Below are positions 53,073 through 64,000 of a stretch of DNA of 64,000 nt, piece after piece. Position 1 is the stretch's first letter. Every line of letters begins with the position of its first letter. Source of the stretch: Octopus sinensis (lineage: Eukaryota); assembly GCF_006345805.1 (NCBI RefSeq), contig NW_021832412.1, positions 6,711-70,710 of the forward strand, written 5' to 3'. A model generated the notes under the pieces. The model saw nothing but the letters and a program-made list of their open reading frames with translations. It searched no databases and was not told where the DNA came from. The position numbers were made by a program, and so were the translations under genes.

Positions 53073-53501
53073 TAATGAAGATAAAAGCAACATTATATGA
53101 AACACCTTGAAGCCTTTACATTCTGTGGCGTTGAAACATCGCGCTTCCTCTTCTCATTGGTCGACAACATGAAGAACTACGATCCTACAAATCAGCCTGT
53201 ATGCAGTCGCTTCATCTGCTAGAAAAAGCAGCTATATCCTCAGCAAACTACATCTTATCTTCTCAAAAACATTACACATAAAATATATGATGAGCAAAGT
53301 TAAGATGGTCAGCGCTGAAATGCTTTTGACCAACGATCTCACTCTTGACGGAGGGCTAGTAAAGGTCATCTTCATAATCGCTTCTTCTAGACCGAAACGA
53401 TGAAAAACATCGTACTGCTGTCGATCTTATCGAATACAGACGCCACCAAATTGTGAGATTTCGTGTCTATGTTATACATCGTTATTACCATTGTGTCAAT
53501 A

Positions 53502-53945
53502 GGCTGGCAGAATCTGTAGTGTGCCGGAGAAAAAGCTTACATGTATTTCTTCCGGTGAGCTGGTAGAAATGTTAGCATGCCGGGCGACATGTTTAACGAT
53601 ATTTCGTCTACCGCTACGTTCTGAGTTCAAATTCCGCCGAGGTCGACTTTGCCTTTCATCCATTCGGGGTCGATAACTTAAGTACCAGTTACGCACTGGG
53701 GTCGATATCATCGACTTAATCCATCTGTCTGTCCTTGTTTGTCCTCTCTGTATTTAGCCCCTTGTGGGTAGTTAGTAAAGAAATAGGTATTTCTTCCGGC
53801 TCTTTGCGTTCTGAGCTCAGGTCTCACTGTGGTCGACTTTACCTGTCATCTTTTCGGGGCCAAGAAGATAAAGTATGAGTCAAGCCACGGGGCTGTTTTA
53901 ATCGAGTAAACCCCTCAAAATTGTTGGTCTTGAGTCAAAACTAGA
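53502..53945 (+). mobile_element. SINE A nested inside an older SINE A
   Basis: Inner copy 53556-53786 flanked by TSD gtatttcttccgg (53543-53555, 53787-53799). Confidence 0.8.
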
Positions 53946-53958
53946 ACGAATTATTTAT

Positions 53959-54163
53959 CAGCTGGCAGAATCGTTAGCACGCAGGACGAAATACTTAGCG
54001 GCCTTTCGTCTGTCTACAGGTTCGGAGTTCAAATCCCACCGAGGGCGACTTTGCCTTTCATCCTTTCGGAGTCGATAAATTAAGTACCAGTTGAGTACTG
54101 GGGTTGGTGTAATCCACTATCTCCCTCCCCCAAATTTCAGGCCTTGTGCCTAGAGTAGAAAGG

Positions 54164-54164
<1 letters not shown>
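53959..54164 (+). mobile_element. SINE family A (tail type 3)
   Basis: gctggcagaatcg head, gttcaaatcc B-box, ends gccttgtgcctagagtagaaagg-(ATT)n. Confidence 0.8.
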
Positions 54165-54194
<30 letters not shown>

Positions 54195-54274
54195 TATTAT
54201 TATTATTATTAAAAGAATATATATAGATATAGATATATGTGAATGCACATACACACACACATATATATACATAC

Positions 54275-54353
<79 letters not shown>

Positions 54354-54862
54354 TATATATTGTATAGTGTGTTTCTAGTATTGATTTGGTTTGTGTTTCG
54401 GTTGTGTGTTTCGCCTAATAGGCGATTAGTGTGAACATTTGCAATACATTATCTTTTACACAAAGCGATAAAATTTCAATAAATTTATACATTGATTCAA
54501 CAACCATCACTCGCCATCTTGCTCGTTTGTTTTTCTATTGTCTTCGTTGTTATTTTAACAAAATGAAAGAATTACTTCCAGAGCAGTGAAGCAGCTGATG
54601 TCTCCCGTTATTTGTCTCCGATGAATTGGTAGAATCATAGAGCGATGGACAAAATACCTCATGGTATTTATGTTCAAGATTTTTATGTTCTGATTTCAAA
54701 TCCTAATGAGGGTAACTTCATTTTTTATCCTTTCGGGGTCTGTACGAGATTTTGTTGTTGATTTTATTAGTAACAAAATTGGCTTTACTTCTACAATACA
54801 CAAAACATCTTTTTTTCAATTCTTATACAATTTTAAATAATATTTAATTATAAAAATACAAT

Positions 54863-55165
54863 GTGGAAGCGCAATGGCCCAGTGGTTAGGGCATCGGACT
54901 CGCGGTCGGAGGATCGCGGTTTCGATTCTCAGATCGGACATTGTGTGTGTTTATTGAGAGAAAGTACCTGAAGTTCCACGAGGCTCCGGCAGTGGGTGGT
55001 GGCGACCCCTGTTGTACTCTTTCGCCCCAACTTTCTGTCACTCTTTCTTCCTGTTTCTTGAGTAACGCTGCGATGGACTGGCGTCCCGTCCAGCTGGGGG
55101 GAACACATACGCCACACAAACCGGAAAACCGGGCCCATGAGCCTGGCTAGGCTTGAAAAGGGCGC
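54863..55165 (+). mobile_element. SINE with family C head/body and a V-domain-like tail, 13-bp TSD
   Basis: TSD ataaaaatacaat at 54850-54862 and 55166-55178; tail gctgcgatggactggcgtcccgtccag. Confidence 0.8.
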
Positions 55166-55518
55166 ATAAAAATACAATAGCATTTTTTAAACATCAAATG
55201 GCTATGAGGGTTCATTCGAGTAAATTAGAAACGAAAGAGGTTCATAGGTAAAAAAAAATGGTTGAGAACCACAGAACTAAACGCTCTCTTCCTTTGTGTG
55301 GTATGTTATAAGTCAATCAATTCTGTCTGTATTAATCTTTTAAGGTTGTAAAGATAACCTTAACAATTGATGTAGTAGCACTGCTAACACAGCAGAACAA
55401 GGAACTGACTTATAAAAGGAACTACTTTGTAGTATATCAATGGTTGCATAACGAAATACCTTGTGTTTAGAAGTCATTAATCTTTTTTTTTTCCCTTCTT
55501 TGTTTACTTTATTTCCAG

Positions 55519-55617
55519 CAAGGAAACACTGCCCTACATTTGTCCGCCATGGGAAACCATGCAGATACTGCCAAAATTCTTGTACAAGCAGGGTGTGAAC
55601 TAGATTTACCAAATTAC
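55519..55617 (+). CDS. ANKDD1A: ANKDD1-like exon, one ankyrin repeat (QGNTALHLSAMGNHADTAKILVQAGCELDLPNY)
   Basis: tttccag acceptor, 99 bp, GTAAGT donor. Confidence 0.93.
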
Positions 55618-55879
55618 GTAAGTAAATTCCAGAACGATATTTGTGTGTGCGTTTTTGAGTGTATGTGTGTGTGTGTGTGTGTAAGGGCTTATGGCCTAAT
55701 GGTTATGGTGTTGCACTTACGATCGCAAGATCCTAGTTTCAATTCCTGGACTGGGTGATGTCTTGCTTTTATTTTATTCTTTTACTTATTTCAGTCATTT
55801 GACTGCCGCCATGCTGGAGCACCGTCTTTAGTCAAGCAAATCTACCCCAGAGTTTATACTTTGTAAACCTAGTACTTAC

Positions 55880-55910
<31 letters not shown>

Positions 55911-56191
55911 ATATATTCATCAACAAACAATTATTCATAATCATATAACGTTATAATTGTTTATACAAAACATTGGTCTTGTAAACCAAAATTAAATATA
56001 TTTTTTTATAACTTTATTTTTAAAGGTCCCAAGTGAATCGAACACTTACAAAAGGTTTTCATAACCTTTTAAACCTCCAGTTTAAAGCTACTTTTCTCCT
56101 TCTCTTCTCCCCACAACTCTCATATGCCCTACACCGAGTCATAGGTACTGCCTGCCTTCCAGTTTAAAACAAATTTTAATCCCTTCTACCT

Positions 56192-56424
56192 ATTTCTTCA
56201 CTACCCACAAGGGACCAAACACAGAGGTGACAAACAAGGACAGACAAACGGATTAAGTCGATTATATCGACCCCAGTGCGTAACTGGTACTTATTTAATC
56301 GACCCCGAAAGGATGAAAGGCAAAGTCGACCTCGGCAGAATTTGAACTCAGAACGTAACGGCAGACGAAATACCGCAAAGCATTTCCTCCGGCGTGCTTA
56401 CGTTTCTGCCAGCTCGCCGCCTTA
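56192..56424 (-). mobile_element. SINE family A with 14-bp TSD
   Basis: TSD aatcccttctacct at 56178-56191 and 56425-56438. Confidence 0.9.
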
Positions 56425-56540
56425 AATCCCTTCTACCTGTAGATCGTCGTATCTAGTTTCTGTATTTCTTTAATGTTACGGTAAATTCCTTTGCAACACT
56501 GAAATAAAACGAGTCTTTTGTTTTTCTTATTTATTTGCAG

Positions 56541-56639
56541 AGGTTGCAGACCCCACTTCATGCTGCTGTAGAAAGTGGATTAACAGAAGTTGTAGAAGTC
56601 CTGTTGGCCGGTGGGGCCAGTCTGGACGCCAGAGAAAAG
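56541..56639 (+). CDS. ANKDD1A: ANKDD1-like exon, one ankyrin repeat (RLQTPLHAAVESGLTEVVEVLLAGGASLDAREK)
   Basis: tttgcag acceptor, 99 bp, GTCAGA donor; QTPLH motif. Confidence 0.93.
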
Positions 56640-57473
56640 GTCAGAGAAGTAGCCTTTAACTATCAGAGTTATGTTTCACCATCAGTTCAATATATACCTT
56701 CTCTTCGAAACAACAAACTATCTTCTATACTTAGGTGTATGTATGTATGTATGTATGTATGTATGTATGCATGCACATGTGTATGTATGGATGTATGTAT
56801 GGATGTATGCATGTATGTATGTATGTATGTATGTCTATCTATCTGTCTGTATGTATGTATGTTTGTATGTATGCATGTATGTATGTAGTGTACATGTAGC
56901 TGAACAAAGAAACGTTAACCTGTGTGACTGTCTGTCTGTCTATAAGTCTGTATGTATGTATGTTTGTATGTATGCATGTATGTATGTAGTGTACATGTAG
57001 CTGAACAAAGAAAAGTTAACCTTTTCCTAGTACTTGCGGTTGGAATGTGAGGTAAAGACAGTATGATTGCATTCTTGTTTCTGTTGTAGGATGCAATATT
57101 TTAAGCGATATTTTAACAGAAGTAGCTAACCTAGATGTTATGGGTATCAAATAGCTTATGTTACCAATAGGCTCTTGAGAAAAACTATCAAATTAGGAAC
57201 AGCAAGATTCCAACTGTTTTAAAGGAATAGTTATATTAAAAATACTATTGCAACAGATTTCTATTTACTTTCTTACACAGGGTTTGGAGGTACTGTGGTG
57301 GTCCTCTATATAGCCTAAGTTATCAGTAAAGCCAACCTTTGCTACTACGTTGTTATTGTACAGTGCTGATTTGTTGAAGGGAGTCCACCGATAGATTGAA
57401 GATTTTTCTAATTATAACTAAGAGTACCTGTAATTAATATGTATATAAACATTTTACCTGATTAGGCTTTCTG

Positions 57474-57696
57474 CAGTACTCTTTTTTTCACTCTTTCTTC
57501 CTGTTTCTGTTGTAATTGTATTTCAAAGGGGCCAGCCTTGTCACGCTCTGTGTTGCGCTCAATCTCCCCGGTAACTACGTTATGGGTCACACGTGTCTGT
57601 GGAGTGCTCAGCCACTTGCACGTTAATTCCACGAGCAGGCTGTTCCATCGATCGGATCAACTGGAACCCTCGTCGTCGTAACCGACGGAGTGCCAC
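57474..57696 (+). mobile_element. SINE family C, 3' half
   Basis: Matches 25900-26128. Confidence 0.8.
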
Positions 57697-58265
57697 GATT
57701 TTAACAATGGTTAAAAAGTAGATTCTAATCTTCAGCTTACGAATTATCAGAGGAATATCGAAATTTTGTAACAATAATAAAATCTGATTTCAAGAATATA
57801 AAATTAAAGCCAGAATTCAATTACTTGATCGAGATTGGCTGCACCTATGCATTAATACAAAATGATATTCTCCATTTTTATATCTGTTTTCATGCCGTTG
57901 TTATTGTGTATCTCTGGCGTATTGTCTTTTGTATTGCCATAGCAGCGAACTGTTCTTGGGGATATCTGGGTTATAACTCACGTGAAAACGTTTAAATAGG
58001 AATGTAAATAGTGCAATAGGGGGTGGGGGGAATGGAGAGATGGAGAGAAAGGACGACATAGGTAGAAGAAAAACCTATTTCAGTCGACAATTCGTTCTTG
58101 TTGAGAGTTGAAGCACTTTACGGAGATGATGACAGTTGAATAACCTCGTAAATTCTCGTGCATCGAGAGGAACCGAAGAAGTGAAAAAACAGCGAGAGAG
58201 AGAGAGAGGCGGAGGAGTAAAACTAGTAAAATATTCAGTTGCCAAATGCTTCTGCTGGGCTTGTT

Positions 58266-58576
58266 ATCTATTTATTTATTCATTTATTTATTTATTTATT
58301 CATTTATTTATTTATTTATTTATTTTATTTATTTATTTATTTTATTCATTTATTTATTTATTATTATTTATTTATTTATTTATTCATTTATTTATTTATT
58401 TATTTATTCATTTATTTATTTATTCATTTATTTATTTATGTATGTATTTATTTATTTATTTATTTATTTATTCATTTATTCATTTATTTATTTATTTTAT
58501 TTATTCATTTATTTTTTATTTATTCATTTATTTATTTATTTTATTTATTTATTTATTTTATTTATTTATTTATTTC
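58266..58576 (+). repeat. (TTTA)n tetranucleotide tract with TTCA variants
   Basis: Directly visible. Confidence 0.95.
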
Positions 58577-59032
58577 TGTCCTGTTGTTCTAGTTTAAAGC
58601 AACAGAAATTGAATAAAATTGTTTAAGACAGGTAAAGAGACATTCCAAATCGATTTATTAGATAATGAATAAACGAGAGAGAAGATAAAAAAAAAAATTT
58701 TAAAAAAAAAGGGATTTCAGAAATAAAAGGAACGACGTTAAAACATGTAGGTAGCCTGAGGTAGTACAATGGTTGACTAATAGAATTAATTCTGTTGCGT
58801 AAAACAACTACAAGAATACGGATGATGTTTCTAACAGTCGACATTTCTCATTCGCAACGTAGGCTTTTTTTATTCTGCAGAGATCCTGTTTGAAATATGT
58901 TGCTGTTGCATTATCCATGGGGGCATGGACGCTTCGTCATAATTACGAAATGTTATTGTCGTGTATATGCTACAAGCATATACGAATAAAACGGTTTTCG
59001 GCAATACAACAACCCCAATGATGATGATGACG

Positions 59033-59091
<59 letters not shown>

Positions 59092-59094
<3 letters not shown>

Positions 59095-59137
59095 CTTTTG
59101 TTATTTTGGCACAAAGCCTGGAGTTTGCAGAGAGTCC

Positions 59138-59205
<68 letters not shown>

Positions 59206-59265
59206 CTTTTGTTATTTTGGCACAAAGCCTGGAGTTTGCAGAGAGTCCATAATAATAATATAATA

Positions 59266-59317
<52 letters not shown>

Positions 59318-59360
59318 CTTTTGTTATTTTGGCACAAAGCCTGGAGTTTGCAGAGAGTCC
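59092..59360 (+). repeat. 111/112-bp tandem array: 46-bp core alternating with (AAT)n
   Basis: Identical core aaacttttgttattttggcacaaagcctggagtttgcagagagtcc at 59092, 59203 and 59315. Confidence 0.9.
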
Positions 59361-59709
59361 ATAATAATAATAATAGTAATAATAATAATAATTATAATAA
59401 TAATAATATAATAATAATAATAATGATAATAATTTCATTTGCTTTCCACAAGGTCGAAGGATAAGGGTGACAATACAAAGTGTTGGGGGTTTACATATAA
59501 TGGAATGATAAACACAAAAAGTAGGTATACACTGCAAAAGGAAGGGACATATTGCATAGCATACGAAGGTACCAAAAAATGGCAGGGAGGATGATAGAGA
59601 TGTGGCCCTCTTGATACAGGAAGGCTTCTAGGGATAATCGAAGAACCCCACTGTCCGAGATTTCCCTGAAACCTTAGGAGCAAATGCCTTCTCCAATTCC
59701 TTCTATCCG

Positions 59710-60692
59710 ACTCAAAGGTCTACACTTAGAGAGGTTCCATCCACTCGTGCCATTTTCGCAACTTTCACTCACCTTTCTATAAACTCACTCGAGGACAGCT
59801 CTTCCCTCTCCACTCTCAATTTCCTTTTCAAGTGAAACTTGAAGTCAATGAGAGCTCTCACAATGAGGAATATATCTGTCCTCATGCCTTTCAGCCTTGT
59901 CCACCAAACAACCTCTTTCGCCACAGCCTCCAGGAAAACTGCCTTGCCTGCCCGATAGAAGGAGGGTGGTGGTGAGATCATCACTACAGACTCGACCGAC
60001 AGACGGATTCGTCCCACACGTGACAACAGCTGTTCAACATAACCTTACAAGTCAGTAATGCCCGGATACTGAACGAGGGCGTGCAGAACGGTTTCGTCAC
60101 TCTGCTCGCACCTCAGACAAGTCTATCTCACAGCATATCCATGCCTGTAGAGTTTATGTCGAACCAGGAGCACCCCGCCCCGGTAGCACTGCCAAGCCAA
60201 GGACATCTGGAAATTATCCATAATAGTTCCCGACCGGAAAGTCCTCTGGAACAGACTAGCCAGTTCGTTCTCGTCGGCATCCAGTCTCCTCGAGAACGTC
60301 GTCGCACTTCCCCGCCACTAATCCTCTATAAATTTCTAAAGCGGGACATCCACCGATCCCATTGCCCGACTGGTAGAGGGTTGTGAGCGCCTGACGACAT
60401 TCTATGTGCCTAGATTGCAGCTCCGTCAAGGAGACGAGCTGCGGAAGGACGAGCCTCACAAATCGTTACATGAGGCGCAACCATAGCGCGTGTCTGCGCA
60501 TTAGGAGCCACGGTGTACCTAATTCGCCACTTAGAGGATGCTAGCAACAGACTAACGCGTCCCTTCCACACGAATTTTAATAAGAGACGCTCCAACCTGG
60601 TCAAGCAGTCACCGGGACAAGGTACGACGGTCAGGTGATAAAAGCTAACGGAGGCGATGTGAGCATTCACCACCTCTGCCACGCCTTTCAGT
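59710..60692 (-). mobile_element. Decayed L1/Tx1-like LINE, C-terminal ORF2 fragment
   Basis: Minus-strand LERLLLKFVWKG, LPVRDKL..HG..CPRCG..DETVLHAL, VAKEVVWWTR motifs with many frameshifts; GC-richer than flanks. Confidence 0.65.
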
Positions 60693-60705
60693 GACAATAA
60701 TGATA

Positions 60706-60874
60706 ATCCTTTCTACTATAGGCACAAGGCCTGAAATTTGTGTGAGAGGGGGGAAGTCGGTTACATTGAACCCAGTGTTTCACTGGTACTTAATTCATCG
60801 ATCCTGAAAGAATGAAAGGCAAAGTCGACCTTGGCGGAATTTGAACTCAGAACATAGCGGCATACGAAATACCT
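60706..60874 (-). mobile_element. SINE family A, 5'-truncated (tail type 3)
   Basis: Body and tail as at 53959. Confidence 0.7.
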
Positions 60875-61253
60875 ATTCAGGTGCAATAATTACTGGTATA
60901 AATCTGAACTTCTAATCTGGGCAGAGTAACTATAGATTTTTCAATGGTTCAGCGTAGGTATTTTCTTTTTCGCTAATCTTTATTTTTATGTTAACATCCG
61001 CAGTTTCTCTCCTCATCCCAAATCACTATGTCAGGTCTATTATGCTTTTATATTATTGAAAATTTCACTGGACATTCCACCAGCACTCTTTCATATTATG
61101 AGCGACTATGGCCTCTACCATACTGTGTGTTCTTATCTCTTTATATATGTGCGTATCAATCTATGTATGTACGTATGTATGTACATTATGCGAACTGTTT
61201 AAAATATATGAACAAATCAACTATGATAATATTGTGTTTTTGTTTCAACGCAG

Positions 61254-61349
61254 TCGGGAAAGACCAGCCTTCAGTTAGCATCTCGAGGGGCTCACGTTGC
61301 CTTAGTCGACACAATCATTAAAGCAGAACGGTACTATTCAACGGCACGG
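61254..61349 (+). CDS. ANKDD1A: ANKDD1-like exon, last ankyrin repeat (SGKTSLQLASRGAHVALVDTIIKAERYYSTAR)
   Basis: caacgcag acceptor, 96 bp, GTGAGT donor. VDTIIKAERYY matches the ANKDD1A/B motif (VDMIIKADRFY / LIKAERYY) as I recall it; needs BLASTP confirmation. Confidence 0.9.
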
Positions 61350-62040
61350 GTGAGTGGTTTTCCTCTCCCACCTTTCCTTTATATCTCTTCACACTCGACT
61401 GCATTTTATTTCACGCAACACGCAACAACTAATATTTCTTGATATATATGAAGAATATTACACTATGCATGCTTATTGCACTTCACACACACGCGCACAC
61501 ACACACATAACACACAGAATCACACACACAAATACACATATACATACATACCTATATACATATCTATCTGCCTACATACATACATACACACACATACATA
61601 TATACATCCATACATACATACATAACATACATATACACCCATACATACATGCATAATACATTCATATATACATACATATCCATACACATACATATATATA
61701 TACATACATACAAACTGTAAGTGGCACAGTGAAGATTTGTAAGACATTCTAAAAATTCTGTATCTGAGATTCTTTAGATGAATAACTGTACACACTTGGG
61801 TGTCTGCATCAACAGTTCATCCAAAACGATAACTCTACCACGTATTTACAAAGACTGGGAACTCACTTAACTCGAAACGTCTTGTGAAGCCAGGTCGAAG
61901 CATCGGCTTGAACTTTCTTAAGAAGAACTTCAATAAAATTCCAAGAAAAACATGTTTGGATCCATACTGACACTTAGCTAGCCATGCAATCCCATTCATA
62001 CATATGATCTCTAGTAGTAAGCAATTCTTTACCGTTGTAG

Positions 62041-62239
62041 GAATATCACAACAACGACCTAGGTTATGTTGAACCTCATGCTTATCTGAGAAGACCAACC
62101 CATCCCTCAGCTGAACAAATGAAAGAGATTCTATGGAGACTATCAACGAAACAGCTAAAGAACAACGAGTGGAAGAAGTTGGCTTTGTATTGGAAATTTA
62201 AACCAGAACACATCCAAGCCATCGAGCATCAGTATGTGG
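62041..62239 (+). CDS. ANKDD1A: ANKDD1-like exon, linker plus N-terminal half of death domain (EYHNND...EILWRLSTKQLKNNEWKKLALYWKFKPEHIQAIEHQYV-G)
   Basis: gttgtag acceptor, 199 bp (phase 0 to 1), GTAGGT donor; LWRL..L...EWKKLA..W.F...H..AIE.Q pattern of the ANKDD1 death domain. Confidence 0.9.
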
Positions 62240-62308
62240 GTAGGTGGTGATGACATTCTTTTATTCTTTTATTCTGTCGTTCTTTTATTCTTTCATTCGT
62301 TTGGGTAT

Positions 62309-62522
62309 ACTCTTTTACTCGTTTCAGTCATTTGACTGCGGACATGCTGGAGCAGCGCTGTTAGTCGAGCAAATCGACCCCAGGATTTATTCTTTGTAAG
62401 CCTAGGACTTATTCTATCGGTCTCTTTTGCCGAACCGCTAAGTTACGGGGACGTAAACACACCAGCATTGGTTGTCAAGCGATGTTGGGGGGGGGATAAA
62501 CACAGACACACAAACACACACT

Positions 62523-62618
<96 letters not shown>

Positions 62619-62790
62619 CATATATACGACGGGCTTCTTTCAGTTTCCGTCTACCAAATCCACTCACAAGGCTTTGGTCGGCCCGAGGCTATAGTAGAAG
62701 ACACTTGCCCAAGATGCCACGCAATGGGACTGAACCCGGGACCATGTGGCTAGTAAGCAAGCTACTTACCACACAGCCACTTTTGCGCCT
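62309..62790 (-). mobile_element. SINE family B, full length
   Basis: Reverse complement of the B pattern. Confidence 0.88.
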
Positions 62791-62816
62791 ATGTATGCCT
62801 TTGCGAGTGTGTCTGT

Positions 62817-62883
<67 letters not shown>

Positions 62884-63233
62884 CGTGTGTGTCGGGTCAC
62901 TTGTGAGGTCTCTTATGAGTGCTACTGCTAACGTGGAATCCAGTGCGACCCATTGCATGATGGTATCGTCGGTGACTAACCCTCCACCACCACCTGGTGA
63001 GGAGGGCTGATCGAAACCCAACAGGACTGAAACGAACATCTGTCAAGAGGACGGGTTGAGCCAGTGTAAGTCCGAAGACAATCAAGCATTAGCACGGACC
63101 CTCACAAATTCCCGGTCGGTGACCGGCGTGCTGGGAGGCAACTGGAAGTGAAGCACCTCTTAACGTTTGTTGAAAAATTTCTCTGGGGACAAGGTCCAAT
63201 CTGATATAAACTTGATATGCAGGGAATAACATC

Positions 63234-63878
<645 letters not shown>

Positions 63879-64000
63879 TAATCTCATATCGAAAACCGGT
63901 GTTTACCGTGCGTTGACGAGAGGCAATTACCTTGAAACTATAGTCCGTATGTATCACTTAGGTTTTCGAGGGAGGATGACCTCCCTTTGCAAATAACGCA

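Noticed and set aside
57281-57289. 9-nt microexon (GLE) after a strong polypyrimidine acceptor
   Set aside because: Weak donor (gtactg), and inclusion would disrupt ankyrin repeat spacing; unsupported without RNA-seq.
62893-63232. GC-richer segment between two SINE B copies, possibly a LINE ORF1 relic
   Set aside because: No recognisable motif; cannot be classified without a search.

Overview
AT-rich eukaryotic DNA saturated with microsatellites and repeats. The SINE families and repeat texture suggest a cephalopod (Octopus-like) genome; this is inference. The only host gene I can support is on the + strand: nine small GT-AG exons (34589-63831) that splice in frame into seven ankyrin repeats plus a death domain, an ANKDD1A/B-like gene whose 5' exons and last exon were not found in the window. 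Nearly all ORFs in the supplied track are simple-repeat artefacts. The rest is mobile DNA: several modular tRNA-headed SINE families, RLE-type (R4/Dong-like), Tx1/L1-like and CR1/L2-like LINE relics, a non-autonomous Helitron, mariner and hAT fragments, a foldback MITE and Penelope-like LTR remnants. The most striking unannotated signal is a set of minimal type I hammerhead ribozyme motifs. Two with intact cores lie in tandem on the + strand (24110-24305). One with a compensatory U3-A8 core lies inside a Penelope-like direct/inverted repeat (33960-34001). Several decayed relatives are also present. Repeat boundaries were read by eye and are approximate unless a target-site duplication (TSD) fixes them.
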